Of a DNA stretch of 64,000 nucleotides, positions 12,751-26,070 are shown piece by piece (the stretch's first letter is position 1; each line of letters opens with the position of its first letter). The notes beneath the pieces are model-generated. The model was not told the DNA's origin and searched no databases. It worked only from the letters and a program-made list of their open reading frames with translations. The translations under genes and the position numbers were made by a program. This stretch comes from Octopus bimaculoides (Eukaryota). The DNA lies in contig NC_068989.1 of assembly GCF_001194135.2 (NCBI RefSeq), forward strand, positions 81,712,845-81,776,844, in the 5' to 3' direction.

Positions 12751-13267
12751 GTGACTGTGCAGAAGCTTCTCCATTAGTTTTGTCTGTTAGTTGAGATCAA
12801 AATATCAGAGGCTTTTTATATAAGAGCATCCCTATTCTGATGATGTTCTCATTGGTGATTGTGATGATATTGACAGTGATGGTGGTGGTGTTGTTGACAG
12901 TAGAAGGGTGGTGTAGGCAGTGGTGATGGCAGTGGTGTTGACAATTGTGGTAGTGGTAGTCAAAGAGTTAGTCAGCAGTGGTAAGTTAAACTTTCAAATA
13001 CCCAACAATGAATACTTTCATTATACTTCTCCATAACTGCCACCTTGTTGTACCATTTCACTTCCAGAAGCATCTCAACCACAATGCCAACCATTAAGCC
13101 TTGGAATATCACTCCTTCAACAACAAATGTAGCTGGTGGTAGTGGTGGTGGTGGTGGTTGTTGGGGGTACTGATACTACTGGTGGGGATGGTGATGGTGA
13201 AGGCGGTACCAGCATTTGGAAATACCAGGATACCTAATATCTTCCTATCTTTTTTAATGAAGGAATA

Positions 13268-13307
<40 letters not shown>

Positions 13308-13448
13308 TATCTGTCTATCTACACACACACACATAGATGTTTGCATGCACACTCACACTGACACATAATTATTCAAACACTTTGTGTGTGTGTGTGTGCG
13401 TGTGTGTGTTCGTGCATGTGTACACACATACAAACATGCATACACACA

Positions 13449-13512
<64 letters not shown>

Positions 13513-13821
13513 GAATACATATACAATATATACATACATATTTCACTACACCCACACACACATGGTTGTGAATGTTCTTATCATTTTGGACTTAAAACTC
13601 TGGTTATATCAATTAACCAAAAGCAGAAAAATTATTCTAAGTAAATTTACAAAAACAAAGTTGCAGTGAGTTATTAAATTGTTGTGTTAATTAGATTTTC
13701 CTAATGTTTTACTGTGTAGTATCATTAAACATTGGAGCTCTTAATGCTGCCATACAAAGAAGTCCAGCAGTGCTATGGGCATTTAGCTTCACTCTTGTGG
13801 TGAAAGTTCTCTGTCACCTAA

Positions 13822-14030
13822 CCCTTAGCATTTGATCTGGCCATATCTGGCCAAAATATTCTACCTGTTTTATCTTCAAACTGGCCAGATTTGGCCTCTC
13901 ACACCAACCCTACAATATCATTCTAAAAATTAACTGTTACCTCATAAAAATCTCTAAGCTATGAGATAATGTATGATTAATTCAAAATAATGTGAATAAA
14001 TACGCATTACTTTTGATAGAATAATGTGAA
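13822..14030. mobile_element. piggyBac-like (TTAA) MITE, partial
   Basis: Begins (c)taa|cccttagcatt; reverse-complement match to the copies at 14323-14966 and 61551-61766. Confidence 0.55.
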
Positions 14031-14322
14031 TAGACTATAGACAATAATAACCCCAGGCTATTGTCCATTTGACAGCTACACTGCAGCTACCAGTGCTTGA
14101 TAATAATATAAATGATTCACTGTATAAATAGTTTGAATGTAATGAGTTATTTTAATCCCTGTATCTATTCTAGTTTTGATAGCCATTTTGAGTAGGGCAT
14201 GACACCAACAGCCATCTTAACTTGGGTATCATCAACACTCCCAGCAATTCATTTTACTACTTTCTATAAATGGATGATGTCGTACACTGAGGTAGCTCTT
14301 AGATGACAATGTTACCAATTAA

Positions 14323-14966
14323 CCTCTTAGCATTCTGTCAAATTTAATACTTATTTATTCGTTATTTTGATTTAATTTGATTTAATCATGTAATATCTCA
14401 TAGCTTTGAGATTTTGATTATGTGATTACTCTCTTTTACTTGTTTAAGTCATTTTGACTGTGGCCATGCTGGAGCACCGCCTTTAGTCGACAAGCCAACC
14501 CCAGGACTTATTCTTTGGAAGCCTAGTACTTATTCTATCGGTCTCTTTTGCCGAACTGCTAAGTTACGGGGACGTAAACACACCGCCATCGGTTGTCAAG
14601 CGATGTTGGGGGGACAAACACAAACATATACACACACATATACACAAACATATACACACACATACATATATATATACATATATGCGACGTGCTTCTTTCA
14701 GTTTCTGTCTACCAAATCCACTCACAAGGCTTTAGTCGGCCCGAGGCTATAGTAGAAGACACTTGCCCAAAGTGCCACGCAGTGGGACTGAACCCGGAAC
14801 CATGTGGTTGGTAAGCAAGCTACTTACCACACAGCCACTCCTGCGCCTGATTGTATATTTTGGGAATGGCATTGTAGGGTAGGTGTAAGAGGCCAGATCT
14901 TGACAGTTTAAACATAAAACAGGTAGCATATATGGGCTGGATGTGGCTGGCTTAAATGTTAATGGG
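14323..14966. mobile_element. piggyBac-like TTAA MITE interrupted by a full-length SINE family 1 (14431-14847, - strand)
   Basis: TTAA|cctcttagcatt ... aatgttaatggg|TTAA. The halves join to match the uninterrupted copy at 61551-61766. Confidence 0.75.
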
Positions 14967-15229
14967 TTAATGGATATCTTAACTGATGGTAGTGTCACCA
15001 ATTGTCATTCATTGATGAATATCTCAGTTGAACCCTAGGAAGTTCATGTAATATAATGAATTTATTTTATACAGTGCTCAGGTTCACTACAACTTATCGG
15101 AATGAGTAACCAAAACTGCATGAATAGTACATAGAATATGTGAAAGAAGTGAACAGTGAATAAGTCTACAAAGAAAACAAACAGACAAACAAACAAACCA
15201 AAAAAAAAACAGGGGTGGGGGGGGGCATC

Positions 15230-15720
15230 CGTTGTACTGTTGGCAAATTTCAGTAAGCATGGAAGCTTTGAAGGATGCAGGTAGTTTATTCCATGCTTCA
15301 GCAATTCTGAGCATGAAAAAATGTTTCTGCAAATCATGGGTGCTGTGTTGTTTTTGATTTTGAAAGCATGTCTGTGAGTGTGAGACATGAAATTCAAAAG
15401 GTGCCCAAAGTTGTTGTTGGAAACATGGTGGATAATCTTGTGGATGTCTACCAAGTCAGTTGCCTGACATCAGAGCTTTAGTGTGTCCATATCCAGGGAA
15501 GCAAGACATTCAGTGTATGGTAAATGCCTGATGGTGGGTTTTTCACCTGGTTGCATGTTTTTGAACAGTTTCCTGGAGATTGGTATGCTGAGTAAGACAG
15601 AGTTTCCAGACTGGTGATGCAAACTTTGTGGACATTTCTAACAGGCCACTGTGATGATTTCAGACCAGCACAGTAAATTAACAAAACACTTGTTATATCA
15701 CCAATTCTCTCATTGCGTGT
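15230..15720 (-). mobile_element. CR1/L2-like LINE 3' ORF2 remnant
   Basis: KHFFMLRIAEAWNKLPASF matches the CR1/L2 C-terminal FFxxRVxxxWNxLP motif. Confidence 0.65.
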
Positions 15721-16619
15721 ATTGTTAGTAAGTGCCTCTCAAGATATCCATGACTTAGTTTTTGACATTTTTGTGCTTTGATTAAAGACATGATGTAAAA
15801 GTAGTGGAAAGAATTTTTTTTTTTTTTTTTTACTTTTTACTGTAAATCAGAACCTTGGTGTTTTATATTTTGGTTAGAGAATAACAATTTAGTTAGGTTT
15901 GGTGGACACGAAAAAGAGAGAATAAATTTGGCTCACGCTTGTCAGCTGTGACTAATAACGGAGAGAAAATAGTTAAACACATTCCTGTTAAATATCGATT
16001 TATTTCGAATTCTGCTATATTGTTCCTAAATAATCAAATAGTATCTAACCTAATTCAACACCTCACTTGATAAATTGTTGTCTCTACCCAGATTAGTCAT
16101 CATAACATATTTTTATTAATTATACTAAATTAGTGTGACCTATTTTCTCCTACACACCTCTCAGCTTCTTAATCTTTCTGAGTCTCTAATGGACTTAATA
16201 CCATATACATGAATACACACACACACACACACACACACACACTCAGTCACACATGCTAATATATACATATGTAGACAAATGCAAACCTTCAGACATATTG
16301 ATAAGTACTTACTCACGCACACAAGTTTTCATGCACACATACACACGCATGCATACACACTGTTTCATTGAAATCTCACTCGTCAGCTGTGTTACTAACT
16401 GATTCTAAACTGGTGGTGGCGGTGATGGTGGTGGTGGAGATGATGGTTGGTGAAGGTGGCAACAGGATTTCTCTGTAGCTACTAAGCTTGCTAAATGTAG
16501 CAGCCAACTCCTCTTCAACAAACCTCTAATTGTCTTTAAAAGAAAGAAATCACGTGATATAAGTCGTAAATCTTAGGACTATGTCTCACAATAAATGTAG
16601 AACAGTTATTTTTTTTATA

Positions 16620-16890
16620 TCCTTTACATGTCTCAGTCTTTGGACAGCGGCCATGCTGGGGCATCACCTTGAAGGGCTTAGCCAAACAAATTGATCCAAT
16701 ATTTTTTTAAGCCTGGTACTTATTCTATTGATCTCTTTTGCTGAACTGTAATGTCACAGGGATGTCAACAAACCAACACTGGTTGTCAGGCAACACTGGT
16801 TGTCAAGCAATAGACAAAGACACACACATACATACAATAGACAAAGACACACACATACATACAATAGACAAAGACACACACATACAAAGA
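16620..16890 (-). mobile_element. Partial SINE family 1 with internal 27-bp tandem triplication
   Basis: ggccatgctggggcatcaccttgaagg...; caatagacaaagacacacacatacata about x3. Confidence 0.65.
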
Positions 16891-17028
16891 CATACATACA
16901 TACTCATACATATACACATACATACCTGTATACATAGATACACACACACACATACATGTATACATATACACATGCATACATACACAATAGAATTAGAAAC
17001 AGAAAGTTCTTGGTACAGTGTTATGTAT

Positions 17029-17155
17029 TTTGAGGAAATGAATGGGAATAGCTTTTCTGATAATTTTTCCACTTTAATAATTAGATAATTTATGGACATC
17101 TAATTATTAAAGTGGAAAAATCATCAGAAAAGCTATTCCTATTCATTTCTTCAAA
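17029..17155. repeat. Long inverted repeat: 58-bp arms, 11-nt loop
   Basis: 17029-17086 versus 17098-17155, with 3 non-Watson-Crick positions. Confidence 0.92.
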
Positions 17156-17167
17156 TATATATATGTA

Positions 17168-17198
<31 letters not shown>

Positions 17199-18768
17199 AT
17201 GTATGTATGCATGTATGTGTGTATGTTTATTTATATATATATACTANNNNNNNNNNNNNNNNNNNNNNNNNNNNNNNNNNNNNNNNNNNNNNNNNNNNNN
17301 NNNNNNNNNNNNNNNNNNNNNNNNNNNNNNNNNNNNNNNNNNNNNNNNNNNNNNNNNNNNNNNNNNNNNNNNNNNNNNNNNNNNNNNNNNNNNNNNNNNN
17401 NNNNNNNNNNNNNNNNNNNNNNNNNNNNNNNNNNNNNNNNNNNNNNNNNNNNNNNNNNNNNNNNNNNNNNNNNNNNNNNNNNNNNNNNNNNNNNNNNNNN
17501 NNNNNNNNNNNNNNNNNNNNNNNNNNNNNNNNNNNNNNNNNNNNNNNNNNNNNNNNNNNNNNNNNNNNNNNNNNNNNNNNNNNNNNNNNNNNNNNNNNNN
17601 NNNNNNNNNNNNNNNNNNNNNNNNNNNNNNNNNNNNNNNNNNNNNNNNNNNNNNNNNNNNNNNNNNNNNNNNNNNNNNNNNNNNNNNNNNNNNNNNNNNN
17701 NNNNNNNNNNNNNNNNNNNNNNNNNNNNNNNNNNNNNNNNNNNNNNNNNNNNNNNNNNNNNNNNNNNNNNNNNNNNNNNNNNNNNNNNNNNNNNNNNNNN
17801 NNNNNNNNNNNNNNNNNNNNNNNNNNNNNNNNNNNNNNNNNNNNNNNNNNNNNNNNNNNNNNNNNNNNNNNNNNNNNNNNNNNNNNNNNNNCGTAGTTTT
17901 GGATAAGAAAACAAATGACTAATGTGTGTGTTTGTGTGCATGTGTATGTGTGTGATGGGTGTATATATGTATAGATATCTATGCATGTATATATATGTAT
18001 ATATGTGTACAAATTACATGTACATCTATATATATACATCTACACATGTATACATATACATGTATGCATATAGATCTATATCTATATATATATCTTTACA
18101 TATACGTGTACATATACATCTATATGTATACATATACATCTCTCTCTCTCTCTTTCTCTCTTTCTCTCTCTCTCTGAAAGTATCTGTCATTACAGCATGG
18201 AAATGTGTGGGGACTATATGTGTCGCAATGGTAATAAAAAGACCCAAAGGAGGTCCCCATGAAGGGGTCTTTGTAACTTCTAAGAAGAAAAATTTTTAGA
18301 AATATTACTTTATTTGTGTGTAATCTGTATGGTTAAAATTTCATCAACATCAAAAATATATGAATTTTCATGGGGGTTATGGCTATTATGCATAGAATAT
18401 ANNNNNNNNNNNNNNNNNNNNNNNNNNNNNNNNNNNNNNNNNNNNNNNNNNNNNNNNNNNNNNNNNNNNNNNNNNNNNNNNNNNNNNNNNNNNNNNNNNN
18501 NNNNNNNNNNNNNNNNNNNNNNNNNNNNNNNNNNNNNNNNNNNNNNNNNNNNNNNNNNNNNNNNNNNNNNNNNNNNNNNNNNNNNNNNNNNNNNNNNNNN
18601 NNNNNNNNNNNNNNNNNNNNNNNNNNNNNNNNNNNNNNNNNNNNNNNNNNNNNNNNNNNNNNNNNNNNNNNNNNNNNNNNNNNNNNNNNNNNNNNNNNNN
18701 NNNNNNNNNNNNNNNNNNNNNNNNNNNNNNNNNNNNNNNNNNNNNNNNNNNNNNNNNNNNNNNNNNNN

Positions 18769-18968
18769 TAGTGGAGGAGATATTATGTTGCCGTGGGCTC
18801 GAACTCTGCAAGAAGTTAAAAATTTTTTTTGACTAAAACACAACCGGAACCCTAAGTAAGACATGTGTAAAATTTGAATGAAGTTGGTTGTGTAGTTCTC
18901 GAGTTTTAGGGAAACACACAGACAGACAGACAGACAGACACAAGTTCTCATTTTTATATATATAGATA
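18769..18968 (-). mobile_element. Non-autonomous Helitron-like element, 5' end
   Basis: Minus strand starts atctatatatataaaaatgag followed by (ctgt)n, as in microsatellite-bearing non-autonomous Helitrons; runs into a gap. Confidence 0.55.
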
Positions 18969-18989
18969 TATATATATATATATATACTT

Positions 18990-19370
18990 TATCTTTTACT
19001 TGTTTCAGCCATTAAACTGTGGCCATGCTGGAGCATTGCCTTAAGTTTTTAGTTGAATGAATTGATGCTAACGTTTGTATTTTGTTAAGGCTGGTACTTA
19101 TTCTGTTGAGTCTCTTTTGCTTAACTACTAAACTACGGGGACGTAAACATACCAACACCAGTTGTCAAACAGTAGTGAATGACAAACCCAGACACAAAGA
19201 CACACTACACAAACAACAGATTTCTTCAGTTTTCACCTTCCAAAGCCTCTCACAAGGCTTTTGGTTGGCTTAGGTCATAGAAGACGCTTACCCAAGGTTC
19301 CATGCAGTGGGACTGAACCCAGAACATGTGTTTGCAAAGCAAACTTTTTACCACACAGCCACACCAGTGC
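18990..19370 (-). mobile_element. SINE family 1 copy
   Basis: ttatcttttacttgtttcagcc...gtgggactgaacccag...accacacagccac. Confidence 0.75.
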
Positions 19371-19566
19371 CTGGTTATGTACAGAGCCTCTACATAGTCA
19401 TTTGACTTGCTTGAAATAACAGTAAAATCTCTCTCATACTATACATTCCTATCTTATAAAAGGAAGAATATACTGAAATAATAATCTTAGACACATTATA
19501 TTTGAATAAAAACTGTGATGTATGTTAGTGGAAATTTATTGTTGAGCTTTGATAGAGGCCTTAACA

Positions 19567-19731
19567 CAGTGGTTCCCAACCTTTTCATTACCAAGGACCC
19601 CTTTTATTTAAATGTGCTTTCTCACAGACCCCAGGATATTGAAAGGTCTCTCAGCTTAACATGTTCACAGACCTCCAGTACTACCTTTGCGAACTACCAA
19701 GGGTCCACAGACCACAAGTTGGGAACCACTG
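19567..19731. mobile_element. hAT (Charlie-like) MITE
   Basis: TIR cagtggttcccaac / gttgggaaccactg; perfect 8-bp TSD CCTTAACA at 19559-19566 and 19732-19739. Confidence 0.92.
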
Positions 19732-20403
19732 CCTTAACATCTGGAAGCCATTTTGAATTTCTTTGAAAGTGTCTACTCTGTCTCTGAACATCAGAGAAGA
19801 TGGACACATCCTGTGCTTTCACAATTTGTGAAATCATGTAACTGAATGTTGCAAACTTCAGGTCACTAGCTGTTATATTGGGCACTCTTGCGTAGGCTTA
19901 CTATGCATTTACAACATGGAACTATTGCACAACATTACTCCACATACCATAAAACAAAAATAGATAAGGAAATACTAGAGGAAAATACATGTTTTATATT
20001 CCTCACAAAATATAAGACGATAAGAAATCATACTAATATCACGATACAATGCCAAAATTAACATGTAAACAGTTACATGAAAAATTAAAATGTAGCTATT
20101 GACATTAAAATATAAAAACACCTAATAGTCACAATTTGACCTTGACAAACAACTGAATATATGACTGCTAAGGCATAAAGCTAATGATAAAAATAAACCT
20201 ATGGTGGGGGAAAGTCTACAGTAATTCAATCAGTATATAAGAAACAATACAAATGCCAAATATATTCAGTTCAATTCTTGATAATGAGACTGTGAAGTAT
20301 TAGAAATGTCTGATATGAATTTAGAAACTCTACTGTTCTGAAAGCAACTGTAAAGAGCAAATAAGGAAACCTGAAAAATATAAAACAGAGAAGATAATTT
20401 TTG

Positions 20404-20444
<41 letters not shown>

Positions 20445-20589
20445 ATGATATTATTGAAATACCATCACAAGCGGTAAGCGAATTATCAGCCGCACATGCA
20501 AATTAATAAAATATATATATACAATATTAGATATGTACATGTGTGTATGTGTGTGTAAGACAAAGTATAAATAATGGTCATTATATATT

Positions 20590-20694
20590 TCTCTTTATTT
20601 TAGTAAATTTGACTTTCAGCTGTTTCCAGTAGTCAGTATAGGTTCATTGTTGATAGGCTTACTCTATCGGCCCAATGATTGGTTGAAAAAACTC

Positions 20695-20773
<79 letters not shown>

Positions 20774-20940
20774 CACACACACACACACACAGTGGGCTTC
20801 TTTCAGTTTCCATCTACCAAATTTACTCACATGGCTTTGGTTGGCCTGAGATTATAATAGAAGATATTTGCTCAATGTGCCATGCAGTGAGACTAAAGCT
20901 AAAACCATTTGGTTGCGATGCAAACTTCTAACTACACAGT
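20590..20940 (-). mobile_element. Degenerate SINE family 1 with (CT)n(CA)n
   Basis: gggcttctttcagtttccatctacc...gccatgcagtgagactaa. Confidence 0.55.
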
Positions 20941-20995
20941 ATTTCGTTTTGTAACCATAGTATACTACCAAGGATATTAAAGGTTTATAAGTCAA

Positions 20996-21580
20996 CTAGT
21001 AGACATACCTGGCATTGCTTGGGATTTAAATGTCATAGTTTGTGTATATAGTAGAGTTATGTTGAAACATTTGATACGGGGAAATGCAGCATTGATGACT
21101 AAACCTTTGTGGAGTAAATGAAGGGCTAATTTGACTAAATGACATGTCATGCATCTGTTTGGAAGATTCCAGGCCTTAACCTTGTCATGGAAAAGTGGGT
21201 CGGGGTATGTGATTTTTGAACGCACCGGTGGATATACTTTCCTTTGTGGCTGTCAGCGTTGTCACTACCACGCTGAACACTCAGCAGATATAGGAACTAC
21301 ATCTGTGTGATAAATTAAGCCTGTGGGTGCGCTCATCAGCACCACATGCGAGAAATCTACATGAAAGAAATGCAGCATTCCTGGTCAGGTGAATACTACA
21401 CTGCTCATCACTTTCCATTGCTCTTGCAGTAGCTGTGCATGCAGCATTTTGTGATTATCTAATTGAAGTCTCATGTGACGATTCATTTGCTCTCCTTCTT
21501 TTCAATTTCTCTGCTACCATCATTTTTTGACCAATGTAAGATCTCTTCTTTGGAGACATTATGTCAAGAAATATAATGTC
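20996..21580 (-). mobile_element. Internally deleted Helitron
   Basis: actagtagacatacctggcattgcttggg is the reverse complement of a Helitron hairpin+CTAG 3' end. Minus-frame MSPKKRSYIG...RRRANESSHET resembles Helitron Rep N-termini. Confidence 0.55.
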
Positions 21581-21974
21581 ATAAACTAAGATGACAATTG
21601 TATGTTAATAATGAAATGTTGATAAAAAAAGGTAAATAATATCAATATCTTAGCAAATTCTAAGAAATACCTAGAATGAACTGAGATGACACTGTTACGT
21701 TAATAATTGAATGTCAATATAAAAAACATTAATTGATATCAATATTTTAAAACTTTCGTTTTTATAAACTTAACTGATTTAAATTTTTAGCCCAATATTT
21801 CATAGATTTTATGTATTACAAATTTTCTCTTGGATTTTTTTAGATTTTTAAACTAGTATTTTGTATAGTACGCTTTTATTGATGGTGTCTGATCTCCTTC
21901 ATCGTTTGAGTTGCACCATGGTGGTTCTTCTCTAAATTATTAAGATATATATATATATATATATAAATACAAAA

Positions 21975-22205
21975 TGGGACAAGAACTCAGAACATCCAGA
22001 CAATTAGGTGATACAGAAAAGAGACAACAAAACATCCAGACAGACGATACAAAGAAAACAAGGACAGGTCATTTGGAGTTTTCTTTCCTCAGTCGAGTTC
22101 CAGATTATTTTTGCAATTTTGGCAAGTTATACTCCAGATTGCTCCAATATGGCCAGCCCCAAGGAAAAACTAAGCTAAGAACATTATACACTAGCTTAAA
22201 AGCCA
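21975..22205. mobile_element. Probable Penelope-like terminal-repeat fragment
   Basis: CpG- and hairpin-containing segment cctcagtcgagttccagatt...agattgctccaat..ggccagcccc; assigned by recollection only. Confidence 0.35.
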
Positions 22206-22916
22206 AAGCTCTCCCCAAGTTTCTTTCCACATTAAAATTGAACAATATTTTTCAAATAATTAACAGTCTTCATCAACACACCGACATTTGCTTTCGCATT
22301 TATTATTACAGAATAGATAGAATAGAAGATATAGATGTTAATTTTGAGGAAACTTTATTTCAATTAAAGTGTATTTTGTGTGTGTGTGTTTGTATATAGA
22401 GTGTTAGAAGTGGTGTACAGATATTGAATACTGAGAAAAGAGGAGGTCGCCAGAACTTTGGAAAAAGAATTCTTTTATTTAGTCATTGTTATTAGCGCTT
22501 TCGATTGTCATAGAACTTGTCAAATAAAATTGTGAATGTGCAAACAGTTTGTTCATTTATATAAATCAAATGAGGAGAACATTGTTTTTGTTTTTTGGAG
22601 TGGGGTTCTAGGACAATGGAGATAGATAGATAGGTGGGTAGGTAGACAGACAGATAGATATGTAGAGAGAGGGAAGGAGAGGGATTTCTTTTCGATTTGT
22701 AATTTTTTTACCATTTATTTATTTATTTAGTTTTTTACCATCGTATAGCTACTGGCATGAGACATGAGTCCAAGGATGGTGACCTCTTTTAGGATGGGGA
22801 AAATAATGAAAAAAGGATGGGATGTGGTCATCGCTAAAAGCATTTTTTTTCCCCTTAAGGTACCAAGAAGGAAGATAAGTTCTATGAAAAATTAAATATA
22901 TATATAACATCAAAAT

Positions 22917-22946
<30 letters not shown>

Positions 22947-22951
<5 letters not shown>

Positions 22952-23456
22952 TTGATGTTGATGTACTTGACTCAAGGTCTCTTCAAGCACAGCAAGACGC
23001 CCTGCGATCCAAGGTACTTGAATGGGTTGGGGCTGGTTATGTGAAGCTGGTGTAAGATACATCGTGAACTCACTTATCCACAGCATGAGTGGATAATCAA
23101 AATAAAAATCAAATGGAAATTATAGTTGTGATTTCCTGTGCCGGTGGCACATAAAAAGCACCATCCAAACGTGGCCAATGCCAGTGCCGCCTTGACTGGC
23201 TTCCGTGCCGGTGGCACGTAAAAAGCACCAACCGATTGTGGCCGTTGCCAGCCTCCCCTGTCCCCTGTGCTGGTGGCACGTAAAAAGCAACCACTATACT
23301 CATGGAGTGGTTGGCATTAGGAAGGGCATCCAGCTGTAGAAACTCTGCCAGATCAGACTGAAGACTGGTGCAGCCTCCTGGCTTCCAAGACCCCAGTCGA
23401 ACCGTCCAACCCATGCTAGCATGGAAAACAGGCGTTAAACAATGATGATGATGATG

Positions 23457-23460
<4 letters not shown>
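22947..23460 (+). mobile_element. RTE LINE 3' end with 5' inversion
   Basis: 22947-23077 is antisense and 23097-23460 sense relative to the colinear copy at 4180-4660. Confidence 0.75.
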
Positions 23461-23487
<27 letters not shown>

Positions 23488-23566
23488 CGCACACACGTGT
23501 CTGTGTCTGTGTGCATATGTGTGCTCTGTGAGTGCATGTGTTTGGAAATATGTCTGTGTAATTTTA

Positions 23567-23610
<44 letters not shown>

Positions 23611-23937
23611 TATATATATGTGTGTGTGTGTGTATATATATATGTATGTATGTGTGTATGGATATGTTTATAATATATGTCTATATTTATCTACCTATCC
23701 TTATGTGTATGTGTATGTCTCTATTTATATATATATAATAAATTAATGATATATTAGCAATCTGCTTTTGTTACTATAGTGTATTACTGAATATATCTGT
23801 AGATTTCATTAAACACTGTATTAATTAAATTTACTCAAATTCCATGCACAATTAGACTAGATTAGATGGTTTCTGACAAAACCTAATTAGAGATTGAAAC
23901 TAACACATCTGATCCCACTTCAATATTTCCTTGTTTG

Positions 23938-23979
<42 letters not shown>

Positions 23980-25260
23980 AGGGCCTAACACGAAGCAAAT
24001 GAGCTGAAGATTCATCCATGTTGATTCAGCTTTAACTTCAATCTCCACCCTACTTTTATTGTTCACCACCTTCTTCTGTTTAACCAATTAGCTATCTTTT
24101 TGTTTAATATTTCATCAAATATTTCTTAACTGATACCCTGAGACAAACTCTTGTTTATATCACTAGCATTTTGCCCCAGAAGCCAATATGAGAGGTTCTC
24201 TCATGGTTACTCCTGAAGTATAGTTTGTTCTAACAGAACGTTTATGTGTAAGTGGGCATAAATATTGCCTCTTAGTATTAACACTGCCTCTGTCGCCAGT
24301 GATTGTGGCTACTAGAGAGATAGGACACCGACTATGGAGATGTGTGTGTAGGTCAGCAGATGAATATGACCTTAGCTGAACATCAACCAATGTGGTAACA
24401 GCCAAAAATGGGGTCAATAACTCTAATAGCAGGAAGTCAGCTCTAAGAACAGACAAACCAACTGTGGCTGCTGTGTCATATAGCTGTGTAATTTGACACC
24501 TCTCTCTCTCTCTTTGTCCAGCATTGTGCATAGTTGTGTCTATATATGCATACATTTGTGAATGTATAGGTAGTGATGGTAGTGGGGAAGTTATGTATAT
24601 GTTGTAGAATTGTATGTGTGTGTATGTGGCTGTATTTATATGTACATGTTCAGGGAGAGGGAGCGAGAGAAAGAGAGAGAGATAAAGCTTATATAATTAT
24701 ATGTAATGCCTGTATGTGTATGTTGTTGTTGGAGCTCCAAAGTATATAGAGCATTACTTTGCTAACAAAAAGTGGAAATAACGAGGCCAGTTTTACGAGA
24801 GACTGATACATGCTACAGTATCGTTCAGGTACACAGCACAAAGACACAAACATGTCTTTTAACAAAGAATCATTCAACAGTCTCCTCATAATAAAAGATC
24901 ACAACCCATGTCTAACCACCATCAACAGATGTATTTACTGAAAAAAAACCCTGTTCAATCTAACACATCAGCAGCACCACATCATGTGACTGGTCACTTA
25001 TTTTTCTCTTAGCACCAGATCATGTGATTGGTTATTTACATTGCTGTCATACTCCACATACAATGAGGAGTGGAGGTATCTGAATGACTACCTGCCTTAA
25101 ATCATGGTGGGTGCCTGCATACATGCGCACCCATACACAGACATATTTAACAGAGATAACAGACTTTACAACATCTGTGTACTTAGGACTTTGAAGTTTA
25201 TTTATGTAACCGACAATATGTATACAATATATGTGAATGTGTATAAACAATCATAGACAC

Positions 25261-25320
<60 letters not shown>

Positions 25321-25479
25321 NNNNNNNNNNNNNNNNNNNNNNNNNNNNNNNNNNNNNNNNNNNNNNNNNNNNNNNNNNNNNNNNNNNNNNNNNNNNNNNN
25401 NNNNNNNNNNNNNNNNNNNNNNNNNNNNNNNNNNNNNNNNNNNNNNNNNNNNNNNNNNNNNNNNNNNNNNNNNNNNNNN

Positions 25480-25547
<68 letters not shown>

Positions 25548-25869
25548 GAAATTAAATAAATGACAAGGAAATAAGAAATTATATAATGGTCTCCATAAGC
25601 TTATAGTTGTTACCACCAGTTACCACCATTTTCACACAAGCACTCAACTATGAGGGCATTGTATCATACAGCAGAAACAGCTGTAAGTCGATGATGTTTA
25701 TTACATAATTTCTTATATCCCTGTCACTTATATAATTTCTTACTACTGCTCTGCACTTGACTGACACTTCTCTGAAGTATATTTATATTTAGTTCTAACG
25801 TATATTTATATTGAGTTATTAGTATCACTATGCCAAAGTGAAATAATGATAATAATAATGGTTTCAAAT

Positions 25870-26070
25870 TTTGGCACAAGGCCAGCAATTTCAGGAGAGG
25901 AGTAAGTTGATTAGCTCAAACTCCATTGTCCAACTGGTACTTATTTTATTGGTCCCGGGAGGAAGAAAGGCAAAGTTGACCTTAATGGAATTTGAACTAA
26001 GAATGGAAAAATGAATAAAATGCCGCTAAGGATTTAGCCCAACATACTAACAATTCTGCCAGCATCTCAC
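25870..26070 (-). mobile_element. SINE family 2 (Nin-domain-like), degenerate
   Basis: ggtacttattttattggtcccgg..aggcaaagttgacctt..ggaatttgaact. Confidence 0.6.

Noticed and set aside
17112-18951. Long ORFs of 130-270 aa here and at other gaps (e.g. 33604-34449)
   Set aside because: They run through N-gaps and dinucleotide repeats; artefacts of the ORF caller.
22060-22530. Hammerhead-ribozyme-like motifs (CUGAGGA, GAAA) on the - strand of Penelope-like fragments
   Set aside because: Core and stems could not be assembled; the GAAA is mutated. Other ctgatga hits (36457, 42790, 46801) lack stems. A covariance-model search would be decisive.
24163-24555. 130-aa minus-strand ORF and possible + strand exon
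   Set aside because: No recognisable domain, and no phase 0-0 exon with good splice sites.
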